Below are positions 25,453 to 40,189 of a DNA stretch of 64,000 bases, piece by piece (within the stretch, counting starts at the first letter, position 1; each line of letters opens with the position of its first letter). The notes under the pieces were generated by a model. The model worked only from the letters and a program-made list of their open reading frames with translations, made no database searches and was not told where the DNA came from. This DNA comes from Eledone cirrhosa (lineage: Eukaryota). The position numbers were made by a program, and so were the translations under genes. The stretch spans positions 496,001 to 560,000 of the forward strand of contig CAXHJY010000860.1 in NCBI GenBank assembly GCA_964016885.1, written 5' to 3'.

Positions 25453-25826
25453 TTGGAATTCGCATCATCAGTCTGGAACCCCTATCTTGCTCAGAACATT
25501 GACCTCCTGGAAACTGTTCAGAGACGTGCAACCAAGCGCATACCCTCCATCAGACACATACCATACTCTGAACGCCTAGCTTCCCTGGGCATGGATTCAT
25601 TGGGGCTCCGAAGTCTGGCAATGGACTTGGTGAATACCCACAAAGTTATTAACCATCTCGCCACAACAACCCTGAGCACCTTTTTGATCTCCATGTGTCT
25701 AACACACGTGGGCAGGCCTACAAAGTCAGAAAACAGCACAGCTCCCGTGACTTTCGTAGACATTTTTTCACGCTCAGAGTTGCTGAAGCATGGAACAAAC
25801 TGCCTGCATTAGTTGTTAGCTGTCGG
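25453..25826 (+). mobile_element. CR1/L2-group LINE 3' fragment, frameshifted
   Basis: EFASSVWNPYL..LETVQRRATKRIP..YSERL; then NTRG..RRHFFTLRVAEAWNKLP in another frame. Confidence 0.9.
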
Positions 25827-25834
25827 GACACTGC

Positions 25835-26895
25835 ATATACACACCCACACAGATCCACACACACATACATACACACACACACACAGATACACACCCACAT
25901 ACACACAGACACACAGATCCACACCCACATACACACACACACACAGATCCACACACACATACATACACACACACACAGATCCACACCCACATACATATAC
26001 ACACACACAGATCCACACACACATACATATACACACACACAGATCCACACACACATACATATACACACACACAGATCCACACACACATACATATACACAC
26101 ACACAGATCCACACACACATACATATACACACACACAGATCCACATACACATACATATACACACACACAGATCCACACCCACATACATATACACACACAC
26201 AGATCCACACACACATACATACACACACACACAGATCCACACCCACATACATATACACACACACAGATCCACACCCACATACATATACACACACACAGAT
26301 CCACACACACATACATATACACACACACAGATCCACACACACATACATATACACACACACAGATCCACACACACATACATATACACACACACAGATCCAC
26401 ACACACATACATATACACACACACAGATCCACACACACATACATATACACACACACAGATCCACACACACATACATATACACACACACAGATCCACACAC
26501 ACATACATATACACACACAGATCCACACACACATACATATACACACACACAGATCCACACCCACATACATATACACACACACAGATCCACATCCACATAC
26601 ACACACACATGCATATACACACACACACACAGATACACACCCACATACACACAGACACACACGCATATACACACACACACAGATACACACACACACATAC
26701 ATATACACACACAGATCCACACCCACATACACACACACATGCATATACACACACACACAGATCCACAACCACATACACACAGATCCACACCCACATACAC
26801 ACACACACAGATCCACACCCACATACACACACACACAGATCCACACCCACATACACACACACACAGATCCACACCCACATACAAACAGATCCACA

Positions 26896-26927
<32 letters not shown>

Positions 26928-27300
26928 GATCCACACCCACACACACACAGACACACATACATATACACACACACACACACAGATCCACACCCACATACAC
27001 ACACACACACATGCATACACACACACACACAGATCCACACCCACACACATGCATATACACACACACACAGATCCACACCCACACACACACAGACACACAT
27101 ACATATACACACACACACACACACAGATCCACACCCACATACACACATACACACATGCATATACACACACACATACACACACATATCCTCACCCACACAT
27201 ATCCACACCCACACACACATACACACATATCCTCACCCACACACACACATCCACAGTCCCACCCCACACATCCACAGTCCCCCCACCCACACACACATCC
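25835..27300. repeat. ~32-bp CA-rich minisatellite (acacagatccacacacacatacatatac)
   Basis: direct. Confidence 0.95.
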
Positions 27301-27509
27301 ACAGCCCCCCCCCCCCAACACCTACACACTTCGATTAACACTTTGATGATCACACCTCATTAATTAATGAATCAATTAACCGTGAAAATAATGGTTCTTA
27401 ATGAACGAGTGTCTGTTGGAGTGGAACTTACGACATTGAGTGTGACTGGTGAGTGAGAGTGGAGGATGAGAGTGGAGGGGAAAAGCTTTGAGTGTCTGTG
27501 AGAAGGTGA

Positions 27510-28350
27510 CGGTGGTGGAGTGGTGGTGGTGGTGTGGTGGCGGTGGTGTGGTGGTGGTAGTGTTGGTGGTGTGGTTGTGGTGTAGTGTTGGTGGTGGTGT
27601 GGTGGCGGTGGTGTGGTGGTGGTAGTGTTGGTGGTGTGGTTGTGGTGTAGTGTTGGTGGTGGTGTGGTGGCGGTGGTGTGGTGGTGGTAGTGTTGGTGGT
27701 GTGGTTGTGGTGTTGGTGGTGTGGTGTTGGTGGTGTGGTGTTGGTAGTGATGGTGGTGGTGGTGATGGTGGTGGTGGTGTGGTGTTAGTTGTGGTGTTGG
27801 TGGTGGTGTGGTGTTGGTGGTGGCGGTGGTGGTGTTGGTGGTGGTGGCGGTAGTGATGATGGTGGTGGTGTTGTTGTGGTGGTGATGGTGGTGTGGTGTT
27901 AGTGGTGGCGGTAGTGGTGTTGGTGGTGGTGGTGTGGTGGCGGTAGTGGTGATAGTAGTGGTGGTGGTGTGGTGGCGGTAGCGGTGGTGGTGGAGTGGTC
28001 GTGTTGTGGCGGTGTTGGTATCCATGGTGGTGGTGGCGCGGAGGTGGCGTTGGTGTCGTAGTGGTGGTGGTGGTGGTGGTGGTGGTTGTGGGGTTTGGAG
28101 GTGGTGTTGGTGTCGTAGTAGTGGTGGTATCCATGGTGGTTGCGGTATGAAGGTGGTGGTGGTGTTGTTGTGGTGGCGGTGATGGTATACAAGGGGGTGT
28201 CATCACTGTGGTTGTGAGGCTGTAGTGCCGAGGTTGTGGTGGCGTCGTGGCAGGGTTGGCGTCGGGGTGGTGGTGGTGATGTCAGAGCCCGTGGCTGTGA
28301 TGTTGGTGTTGTGGGGGTGCTAGTGGCGTGGCGATGGTGGCGGCGGTGTT
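27510..28350. repeat. (GGT/GTGTG)n microsatellite
   Basis: direct. Confidence 0.9.
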
Positions 28351-28508
28351 TGTGGTAAACGAATAATTAGGGAAATATGGCAAGAGAGAGAAAGAAAGAG
28401 AGGACAAGATATATATAGAGAGAGAAAGATAGATATGTGTGTGTGTATATATATAGAGAGAGAGAAGTATGTATATATATGTATACATATATATATACAT
28501 ATATATAT

Positions 28509-28567
<59 letters not shown>

Positions 28568-28610
28568 CATATATATCCATATATATATATATATATACAT
28601 TCATATATAT

Positions 28611-28651
<41 letters not shown>

Positions 28652-28660
28652 CATATATAT

Positions 28661-28709
<49 letters not shown>

Positions 28710-28836
28710 TATACACATATATATACATATATATACACATATATATATATATATACATACATATTAATTCTGGCAATATTACAACAATATGACCCTCCCC
28801 AAGTATAACAATATATATGTGTATATATATATATAT

Positions 28837-28931
<95 letters not shown>

Positions 28932-29111
28932 GGGGGGGGTATAGAGGTGAGGTGAGAATATTGAGGGAATTAAAGCAAGGCTGATAGTCTGGTGATAATA
29001 TTTTCATTTAAAAGAGATTGGATCTGGTTCTAACTGGATTGGACAGGATGAGACTGGCTGGTCCCAGGAGGATTGGTAGAGCAACACACTAAAGGAGGCT
29101 ACTGGCAGTAA

Positions 29112-31765
29112 CACTACTACTGCCGCTACTACTACACCACCATTACCACTATTACACCACCAGTACTGCACCACCACCACTACTACACCACCACCAGTAC
29201 TACACCACCACTACTACACCACCACCAGTTCAGCACCACCATTACCACCACTACTACACCACCACCACTACCACCACTACTACACCACCAACAGTACAGC
29301 ACCACCACTACTACACCACCACTACCACCACTACTACACCACCACTACCACCACTACTACACCACCACTACCACCACTACTACACCACCACCAGTACTAC
29401 ACCACCACTACCACCACTACTACACCACCACCAGTACTACACCACCACTACCACCACTACTACACCACCACTACCACCACTACTACACCACCACCAGTAC
29501 TACACCACCACTACCACCACTACTACACCACCACCAGTACTACACCACCACTACCACCACTACTACACCACCACTACCACCACTACTACACCACCACCAG
29601 TACTACACCACCACTACCACCACTACTACACCACCACCAGTACTACACCACCACTACCACCACTACTACACCACCACTACCACCACTACAAAACCACCCC
29701 CAGTACTACACCACCACTACCACCACTACAGCACCACTACCACCACTACTACATCACCACCACTACTACACCACCACTACCACCACTACTACACCACCAC
29801 TACCACCACTACTACACCACCACTACCACCACTACTACACCACCACTACCACCACCAATACACCACACCACACCACACCACCACCACCACACCACCACCA
29901 CCACGTTGAATACAACACCACACCACAACCACACTGTACACCACCACCACTACTACACCACCACTACTGCACCACCACCAGTACTACACCACCACTACCA
30001 CCACTACTACACCACCAATACCACCACTACTGCACCACCACCAGTACTACACCACCACTACCACCACTACTACACCACCACCACTACTACACCACCACTA
30101 CCACCACTACTGCACCACCACCACTACTACACCACCACTACCACCACTACTACATCACCACCACTACTACACCACCACCACCACTACTACATCACCACCA
30201 CTACTACACCACCACTACCACCACTACTACATCACCACCACTACTACACCACCACTACCACCACTACTACATCACCACCACTACTACACCACCACTACCA
30301 CCACTACTACATCACCACCACTACTACACCACCACTACCACCACTACTACACCACCACCACTACTGCACCGCCACTACCACCACTACTACATCACCACCA
30401 GTACTACACCACCACTATCACCACTACTACATCACCACCACTACTACACCACCACCACCACCACTACTACATCACCACCACTACTACACCACCACTACCA
30501 CCACTACTACATCACCACCACTACTACACCACCACTACCACCACTACTACACCGCCACTACCACCACTACTACACCACCACTACCACCACTACTACACCA
30601 CCACTACCACCACCACTACTACACCTCCACCACTACTACACCACCACTACCACCACTACTACACCACCACTACCACCACTACTACACCGCCACTACCACC
30701 ACTACTACACCACCACTACCACCACTACTACACCACCACCAGTACTACACCACCACTACCACCACTATTACATCACCACCACTACTACACCACCACTACC
30801 ACCACTACTACACCACCACCACTACTACACCACCACTACCACCACTACTACATCACCACCACTACTACACCACCACCACCACTACTACATCACCACCACT
30901 ACTACACCACCACTACCACCACTACTACACCACCACTACCACCACTACTACACCACCACCACTACTACACCACCACTACCACCACTACTACACCACCACC
31001 ACTACTACACCACCACTACCACCACTACTACATCACCACCACTACTACACCACCACTACCACCACTACTACATCACCACCACTACTACACCACCACCACT
31101 ACTACACCACCACTACCACCACTACTACATCACCACCACTACTACACCACCACTACCACCACTACTACATCACCACCACTACTACACCACCACTACCACC
31201 ACTACTACATCACCACCACTACTACACCACCACCACCACTACTACATCACCACCACTACTACACCACCACTACCACCACTACTACACCACCACCACCACT
31301 ACCACCACTACTACACCACCACCACCACTACCACCACTTCTACACCACCACTACCACCACTACTACACCACCACCACCACTACCACCACTACTACACCAC
31401 CACTACCACCACTACTACATCACCACCACTACTACACCACCACTACCACCACTACTACATCACCACCACTACTACACCACCACCACCACTACTACATCAC
31501 CACCACTACTACACCACCACTACAACCACTACTACACCACCACTACCACCACTACTACACCACCACTACCACCACCAATACACCACACCACCACTACCAC
31601 CACCAATACACCACACCACCACTACCACCACCAATACACCACACCACCACTACCACCACCAATACACCACACCATCACTACCACCACCACGTTGAATACA
31701 ACACCACACCACAACCACACTGTACAACACACCACTCCCATACTGCACCCCGACACACCACCACG
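29112..31765. repeat. (CAC/TAC)n compound repeat
   Basis: direct. Confidence 0.95.
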
Positions 31766-31775
31766 CCTTCATCAT

Positions 31776-32250
31776 TGTGTGTGTGTGTGCGTATATATAT
31801 ATATGCGTGTGTGTGTGTGTGTGTGGCTGTTTGTGTATGACTGTGGATGTGAGTGTGCAAATATATATACGTGTGTGTGTGTGTGTGGATGTGAGTGTGC
31901 AAATATATATACGTGTGTGTGTGTGTGTGTGTGGATGTGTGTGTATGACTGTGGATGTGAGTGTGCAAATATATATGTGTGTGTGTGTGGATGTGTGTGT
32001 GCAAATATATATACGTGTGAGCGTGTGTGTGTGTGTGGATGTGTGCGTATGACTGTGGATGTGAGTGTACAAACATATATACGTGTGTGTGTGTGTGTGT
32101 GGATGTGTGTGTATGGTATGACTGTGGATGTGAGTGTGCAAATATATATACATATATATACGTGTGTGTGTGTGACTGTGTGTGTATGACTGTATGTGAG
32201 TGTGCAAATATATATATATATGTGTGTGTGTTTGTGTGTGTGGCTGTGTA
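31776..32250. repeat. TG-rich minisatellite (gactgtggatgtgagtgtgcaaatatat)
   Basis: direct. Confidence 0.85.
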
Positions 32251-32313
32251 TATATATATTATATATATATATATAGAGAGAGAGATATAGAGACATGTGT
32301 GTGTATATATATA

Positions 32314-32637
32314 AGAAAGAGTAGGACCCCGACGGCTGAGCTCAAGCGTCCAGTATTAGCCATCGAAACGGCTTGAGCTCAGCCGTCGGGGTCCTACTCG
32401 TTCCTTTTACCCACTCTACTACCCTAAGTATTGAGTACTATGGTGCGTTATGGTCCACCTGGTTCCTTACCACATTTCCTTCGTTATATATATATATATA
32501 TATATATAATTAGCCGTCGAAACGGCTTGAGCTCAGCCGTCGGGGTCTTACTTACTCCTATTACCCACTCTACTACCCTAAGTATTGAGTACTATGGTGC
32601 GTTATGGTCCACCTGGTTCCTTACCACTTTTCCCTCG

Positions 32638-32640
<3 letters not shown>
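32314..32640 (+). mobile_element. two tandem family-1 elements (3' half HHR plus tail), the first with a fold-back
   Basis: GAAA-CGGCT-tgagctc-AGCCG-TC-ggggtc; aagtattgagtact; each ends in (TA)n. Confidence 0.8.
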
Positions 32641-32688
<48 letters not shown>

Positions 32689-32819
32689 TAAAGCCCTCAG
32701 GAAGGAAATATTAAAGTTCATCTCCAGATTTGTTAAACATGTGAAAGAGTGTCGTCATATCTTTGGCTCTCCACTCCGGTCAACGAGGTTTTAAGGTGTG
32801 AGCAATGGTCACTTGGATT

Positions 32820-32892
<73 letters not shown>

Positions 32893-32984
32893 CACATCAG
32901 GATAACCAGTTTTAAACTACTAAGACCATTTCTTCAGCAGAGTTCTCAATACTTGTGATAGTGAAGTGTAAATGTCTGAGAGGT

Positions 32985-33135
32985 TTCGGGCGCCGATGGC
33001 TCATCTGTTGCCGTTTCGACAGCAAATTTTAGTTGCTGACGAAACGGCAAGAGCTCAGCCGTCGGGCTCCTACTCCTGATGATGTCTTACGAATGAAACA
33101 GTTCTAGTCCTGTGGAAGCCATTTCTATATCAACG
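32985..33135 (+). mobile_element. family-1 fold-back fused to a degenerate family-2 HHR
   Basis: tgccgtttcgacagcaa/ttgctgacgaaacggca; CTGATGA 33076-82 with a GUG (non-cleavable) site. Confidence 0.55.
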
Positions 33136-33245
33136 CGAGCACCAACAGTTTTCCGAGAGATGTCAACATCTGTTATTTTTATCTAAAGACATATTTTCCA
33201 ATTCCACCCCACGCGTCCCTTCAATATATCTTATTTCTCATTTTT

Positions 33246-33281
33246 TCTTCTGATGAAGGACTAGTGTCCGAAACGTTAAGA
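33246..33281 (+). ncRNA. minimal type I hammerhead (Penelope-type)
   Basis: tctt-CTGATGA-a-ggac-tagt-gtcc-GAAA-cg-T-T-aaga; stem III palindrome ACGT. Confidence 0.75.
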
Positions 33282-33413
33282 CCCTCTTCCTGCTATATCA
33301 AGCGTTAACCTAATATATCCCTTCCATATACTGTACTTATTGTGTTGTTATTTCTGTTTATCTTTATACATACATATCTATCTATCTTTCTATCTATATA
33401 TATATATATATAT

Positions 33414-33528
33414 AATTGTTTCTACGTTAGGCACAGGGTACTTTATTTTATCGACCCCGTAAGGATGAAAGGCAAAGTTAACCTCGGCGGGATTTGAACT
33501 CAGACCATAAAGGGCCGTAACTCTTTGT

Positions 33529-33579
<51 letters not shown>

Positions 33580-34370
33580 CTATATATATATAATAATAAT
33601 TGTTTCTACTTTTGACACAAGGCCAGCAATTACACCAGTACATTACTGGTACTTTATTTTATCGACCCCGTAAGGATGAAAGGCAAAGTTAACCTCGGCG
33701 GGATTTGAACTCAGACCATAAAGGGCCGTAACTCTTTGTTGATATATATATATATATATATATATAATAATAATCTATATATATATAATAATAATTGTTT
33801 CTACTTTTGACACAAGGCCAGCAATTACACCAGTACATTACTGGTACTTTATTTTATCGACCCCGTAAGGATGAAAGGCAAAGTTAACCTCGGCGGGATT
33901 TCAACTCAGACCATAAAGGGCCGTAACTCTTTGTTGATATATATATATATATATACATATATAATAATAATCTATATATATATAATAATAATTCTACTTT
34001 TGACACAAGGCCAGCAATTACACCAGTACATTACTGGTACTTTATTTTATCGACCCCGTAAGGATGAAAGGCAAAGTTAACCTCGGCGGGATTTGAACTC
34101 AGACCATAAAGGGCCGTAACTCTTTGTTGATATATATATATATATATACATATATAATAATAATCTATATATATATAATAATAATTGTTTCTACTTTTGA
34201 CACAAGGCCAGCAAATTACTCCAGTACATTACTGGTACTTTATTTTATCGACCCCGTAAGGATGAAAGGCAAAGTTAACCTCGGCGGGATTTGGACTCAG
34301 AATGGCGAGGGCCGTAACTCTACGCGTCAAAGCATGGCGCCCAACCCTCTACCGATACTGCCAATCCATC
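33414..34370 (-). mobile_element. tandem array of ~5 OK-like SINE fragments separated by (TA)n
   Basis: consensus repeated with a ~180-bp period. Confidence 0.9.
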
Positions 34371-34378
34371 GAATAGTA

Positions 34379-34590
34379 TTTAATATAGAAATTGGTTTTA
34401 CGGGACTAGAACTGTTTCATTCAAAGGAAATCATCAAGAAAAGCCAGATGGTTTCCTTCAAATGAAACAGTTCTAGTCCTGTAGAAGCTATTTCTATATT
34501 AAATGTTGTTGTATACACACTGCAAATGTATTGAGTACCTTACTCACTCTCGTTACTCCTGATTGAACTTGTGACTCACACACAAAGATA
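34379..34590 (+). mobile_element. older family-2 palindromic HHR element
   Basis: imperfect arms 34379-437 and 34448-503; attgagtacct tail. Confidence 0.7.
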
Positions 34591-34689
34591 TATATATCGA
34601 CTTTCATCAAATCGGACCGAGGAAACAATGTTTCCATCGGTCTTTCCAATTGCTAGTACTATCTATCGGTCGCAATTCCAGGTAGAAGG

Positions 34690-34797
34690 CGCAACGTGAA
34701 ATAAAGTGTCTTGCTCAAGGACATAACACATCGCCCGCTCTGGGAATCGAACTCACAACCTTACGATTGTGAATCCAATTCTCTAACCACTTAGCCT

Positions 34798-34800
<3 letters not shown>
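34690..34800 (-). mobile_element. CORE-type SINE fragment
   Basis: gcaacgtgaaataaagtgtcttgctcaagg..gaatcgaactc..ctctaaccact. Confidence 0.8.
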
Positions 34801-34854
<54 letters not shown>

Positions 34855-34968
34855 TCTTTTACCTGTTTCAGCCATCCGGCTGAGGCCATGCTGGGGCACC
34901 GATATATATAAAAATAAAAATTTGAATACTAAAACCCAAAGAGGGCTCGATAAGGATAAATATATATC

Positions 34969-35019
34969 AGTTTCAGGAGATCCCGTTAAGGGTGAAAGCA
35001 GCGATTCTTTGCTTAAACT
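34969..35019 (+). ncRNA. hammerhead-like, family 7 (core CAGGAGA)
   Basis: agttt/aaact stem I, ccc-gttaa-ggg stem II, GAAA-gca..tgc-T-T. Confidence 0.45.
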
Positions 35020-35035
35020 TTAACCTGTTATTTTA

Positions 35036-35083
<48 letters not shown>

Positions 35084-35584
35084 CCATCTCACCCCTCCCT
35101 CCCACACACTCGCTAAATCAAAATACCCAATGATTATCTCCCCTTTTATAACTCTTCATGTTTATGAGGCACGCTCTCATCTGAACCTATACAAAATGGC
35201 TGGCTTACTGCATGCGGTGTTATCCTCCGGTGAAAAAAGTATTTTTTCAATTTTCTTTGTTTTCCAATTCTTCGCACTTTTCTGTGTTTTTATTTCTTTC
35301 TATCTATATATCATATTTTTCGATGAAGGGGTTAATTTCCGAAACGATAAAACTCTTTTCCTACCATACATAACTAAATATATACCTTTCTTCATACATA
35401 ACTAATATATACCTTTATACTAATATATACCTTTATTGTACTCTCTCGGCTACTAAATATTAACACTTCTAATATTAAATACTGCCGGCACTACTAGTAT
35501 TGGGCACCTTCTGCATACGCTATTTGGCAAATAACTACATGTAACACCTATCCTTCTTTTTTTCTCTGTCTCGATACGTAAATA

Positions 35585-35623
<39 letters not shown>

Positions 35624-35774
35624 ATTAATAAATGGAAAATGAAATAAATATGGTTTTATAAATATAGTTTCCATTTATTAATATCGTATATCTACTCCAA
35701 ATACTTGTCGAGTGCTTTATATCAGTTATAAATATATTTACTTGTTGTATCCCAACAATTTTAAATAGAACTTT

Positions 35775-35826
<52 letters not shown>

Positions 35827-35942
35827 GAATTAGTATATTTACCAACATATGCGTACAGATGTACACTAATGCTAGCAAATACATACGTACATTTTAGTAA
35901 GTAAGTTAATTTTTAATTTTTAAAATTTTCTTATTTTACGTC

Positions 35943-35993
<51 letters not shown>

Positions 35994-36207
35994 TTTGTTC
36001 TGCAAGGTTTTTGATATGAAATCTTGTGTCGAAACTAATATTGTTATACTTGGGGAGGGTCATATTGTTGTAATAATATTGCCAGAAATAATAACAGAAC
36101 ACACTCACTGTTTGGTTTTGGTTGGTTTTCGCTTCTGTATCTTTTAGATCTCCATAGTTAATTTATTTGGCAATCAATGTTTATCATTGATTAACCTACG
36201 GTTTAAA

Positions 36208-36250
<43 letters not shown>

Positions 36251-36592
36251 GTCTATAGAATCACCAGATAAAATATATACCATTTCCTCTCCCAATTAGC
36301 ATAATTAAACATATAAAAATAACGAATAGACCAAGCTATAAGAATAAAGCTTCTATGAAGAAATCTCCAACAAATAACCGAAACCAGCCCCTCGCGTCGG
36401 CTGCGACGGAATATTTATCGAATATTTCCACAGCGTAATCGCCCAGATATACAGTCGATAAAACAGAATTAGGTGTAAAATAAACTAGGGGAAAAGAGAA
36501 TACATTTAATTAGACTATACATTACATTAGGCTATATATATATATATAGTAATAATAGTAAAATTGAAGACTAAAATCCAAAGAGGGCTCGT

Positions 36593-36643
36593 AGTTTCAG
36601 AAGATCCCGTTAAGGGTGAAAGCAGCGATTCTTTGCTTAAAAT
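36593..36643 (+). ncRNA. hammerhead-like, family 7 (core CAGAAGA, U4A)
   Basis: same fold as 34969 and 63750. Confidence 0.55.
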
Positions 36644-36791
36644 TTAATGTTATTTTAATAAATAAATATATATATATATATATATATATAGTCTAACAAC
36701 GTTCTTTCGCTGCACATCTGCAACATCATCAGTGGTATAATTATCATGTTCCCTCCTATTGAATTACATTGTAATGACCCTCCCCAAGTAT

Positions 36792-36831
<40 letters not shown>

Positions 36832-36977
36832 ATATATTCAAAATATTAATATAGACATTCATGTGATCAAATATATTTTATTATACATATTTCAGAGGTA
36901 CTGCTTCTAATCTATTGTGAAAATTTATTCGTTGATGAATTCATTGAACCATGTTAAATTTTTAATTATATATATAT

Positions 36978-37875
36978 CTCTAAGGCGGGTAAAATTCCCG
37001 CGATCCATGGACGAGTTCTCTCCAGCGGTCTCTGTCCCCCATTATCGCTGCCATGTCCTGCATCCCCAACAGACCAGTGTCTGTCCTTAGGGCATCAACA
37101 TACGTTAACCTTGGTCTTCCTCTTCCAGTGTGTATATATATATATATATATGTCTAGGGCGGGTAAATTCCCGAGATCCATGGACGAGTTCTCTCCAGCG
37201 GTCTCTGTCCCTCATTATCGCTGCCATGTCCTGCGTCTCCAACAGACCAGTGTCTGTCCTTAGGGCATCAACATACGTTAACCTTGGTCTTCCTCTTCTA
37301 GTGTGTCCGTGTAGGGGCTCCCACAGGAGCACTGAGTGCAATGTCAACTCTGGATGTCGGTGAGCATGTCCAGCTAATCTAGTGTGTCCATGTAGGGGCT
37401 CCCAAAGGAGCACTGAGTGCAATGTCAACTCTGGATGTCGGTGAGCATGTCCAGCTAATCTAGTGTGTCCATGTAGGGGCTCCCAAAGGAGCACTGAGTG
37501 CAATGTCAACTCTGGATGTCGGTGAGCATGTCCAGCTAACCCAGTGTGTCCATGTAGGGGCTTCCAAAGGAGCACTGAGTGCAATGTCAACTCTGGATGT
37601 CGGTGAGCATGTCCAGCTAACCTAGTGTGTCCATGTAGGGGCTCCCACAGGAGCACTGAGTGCAATGTCAATTCTGGATGTGGGTGAGCATGTCCAGCTA
37701 ACCCAGTGTGTCCATGTAGGGGCTCCCACAGGAGCACTGAGTGCAATGTCAACTCTGGATGTGGGTGAACATGTCCAGGTAACCTCAGTCTCCTCTGTGT
37801 CACTTTTGAGCTGACTTTTGGGAGGCTCCCATACAGCTCTGAGTTCTTCATCCTCAGTGTATACTGTAGAAGCCA
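36978..37875 (-). mobile_element. two RTE LINE 3' fragments; the larger has six in-frame 81-bp repeats
   Basis: ORF 37105-37851 with LAGHAHRHPELTLHSVLLWEPLHGHTR x6; same family as 17066-17427. Confidence 0.9.
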
Positions 37876-38149
37876 TTCCTATATTACATATATATATATA
37901 TAGTAGAATAATCGAGTATCGAAAAATCGGCGCACGAGTTCACGATAAACAAAATTCAATATAAGTGGCAGAGGGCTCAATAATTCAGATAAATCACAGC
38001 TATAACTATCGTTAAAATACCAACACACATAGATTATGTCTAAAATCAACCATACGACCGAAAAATTACGTTCTGGAAGATTCGGGTCACTCAGATAAAA
38101 TATCAAAAAATCAATAAATCATAAGAATGCAAAAAGCTATATATATATA

Positions 38150-38500
38150 AAATAATATAAAATCAAAAGATGGTTAAAAGAGTTCCATGTATTTTATTAT
38201 CCGCATTTCAAAAACAAATATCATCATAGAATGATATTTGCGTTCTCATCAGATAAAATAGGGAGACATGATATGAACCTTAAAAAACATTTGCGAGCAG
38301 TGAAGTGTTAAATCAACACATCAAATGTAAATATCATCCCATGATGATATTTGTTTTTGAAATGCGCATAATAAAATACATGGAACGCTTGTAACCATCT
38401 TTTGATCTTATATTATTTATACTCCAGTCCTACAAACTGTTGAGTGCTACTTATCCGATATTTGCATTGCTTTATTGTGCTACAATAAAACTCACCTCCT
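38150..38500. mobile_element. family-5 element with inverted arms
   Basis: homologous to 17448-17840. Confidence 0.8.
38190..38260 (-). ncRNA. type I hammerhead ribozyme (family 5)
   Basis: minus strand tattttat-CTGATGA-gaacgcaaatatcat..atgatatttgttttt-GAAA-tgcgga-T-A-ataaaata. Confidence 0.75.
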
Positions 38501-38502
38501 AC

Positions 38503-38535
<33 letters not shown>

Positions 38536-38564
38536 TACACTTGACATTTTTCGGATTGCTGAAC

Positions 38565-38643
38565 CATATATATATATATATATATATATATGTTTATATA
38601 TATGTTTATATATATATATATATATATATATGTTTATATATAT

Positions 38644-38732
<89 letters not shown>

Positions 38733-39119
38733 ATATATATATATGTATATATATATAATATATATATATGTATATATATATAATATATATATATGTATAT
38801 ATATATAATATATATATATGTATATATATATAATATATATATATGTTTATATATATATATAATATATATATATGTTTATATATATATATATATATATATG
38901 TTTATATATATATATATATATATGTTTATATATATATATATATATATGTTTATATATATATATATATATATGTTTATATATATATATATATGTTTATATA
39001 TATATATGTTTATATATATATATATATATGTTTATATATATATATATATATATGTTTATATATATATATATATGTTTATATATATATATATATATATATA
39101 TATGTTTATATATATATAT

Positions 39120-39158
<39 letters not shown>

Positions 39159-39240
39159 TATATATATATATATATATATATATGTTTATATATATATATA
39201 TGTTTATATATGTTTATATATATATATATATATATATGTT

Positions 39241-39282
<42 letters not shown>

Positions 39283-39604
39283 TATATATATATATATATA
39301 TATATATATGTTTATATATATATATGTTTATATATATATATGTTTATATATATATATGTGTATACATATATATATATATGTGTATACATATATATATATA
39401 TGTGTATACATATATATATATATGTGTATACATATATATATATGTGTATACATATATATATATGTGTATACATATATATATATATGTGTATACACATATA
39501 TATATATATGTATACATATATATATATGTGTATATATATGTATATATATATGTATATATATATGTATATATATATGTATATATATATATATGTATATATA
39601 TATG

Positions 39605-39635
<31 letters not shown>

Positions 39636-39676
39636 GTATATATATATGTATATATATATATATGTATATATATATG

Positions 39677-39715
<39 letters not shown>

Positions 39716-39728
39716 GTATATATATATG

Positions 39729-39785
<57 letters not shown>

Positions 39786-39940
39786 GTATATATATATGTA
39801 TATGTATATATATATATATGTATATATATATGTATATATATATGTATATATATATGTATATATATATGTATATGTATATGTATATATGTATATGTATATA
39901 TATATATGTATATGTATATATATATATGTATATATATATG

Positions 39941-39989
<49 letters not shown>

Positions 39990-39996
39990 GTATATG

Positions 39997-40051
<55 letters not shown>

Positions 40052-40100
40052 GTATATATATATATATATATATACATATATATGTATATATATATATATG
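38565..40100. repeat. (TA)n with gttt/gt interruptions
   Basis: direct. Confidence 0.97.
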
Positions 40101-40189
40101 AAATATGTCAAGAATGTATTTTCTGTCGTTCTTATTATTTAATGATCAAAGAGTATCAAATATACACACACATATATACATACATACAT

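Noticed and set aside
27510-31765. (GGT)n and (CAC)n tracts as a large inverted repeat
   Set aside because: Complementarity is only simple-repeat composition, not specific homology
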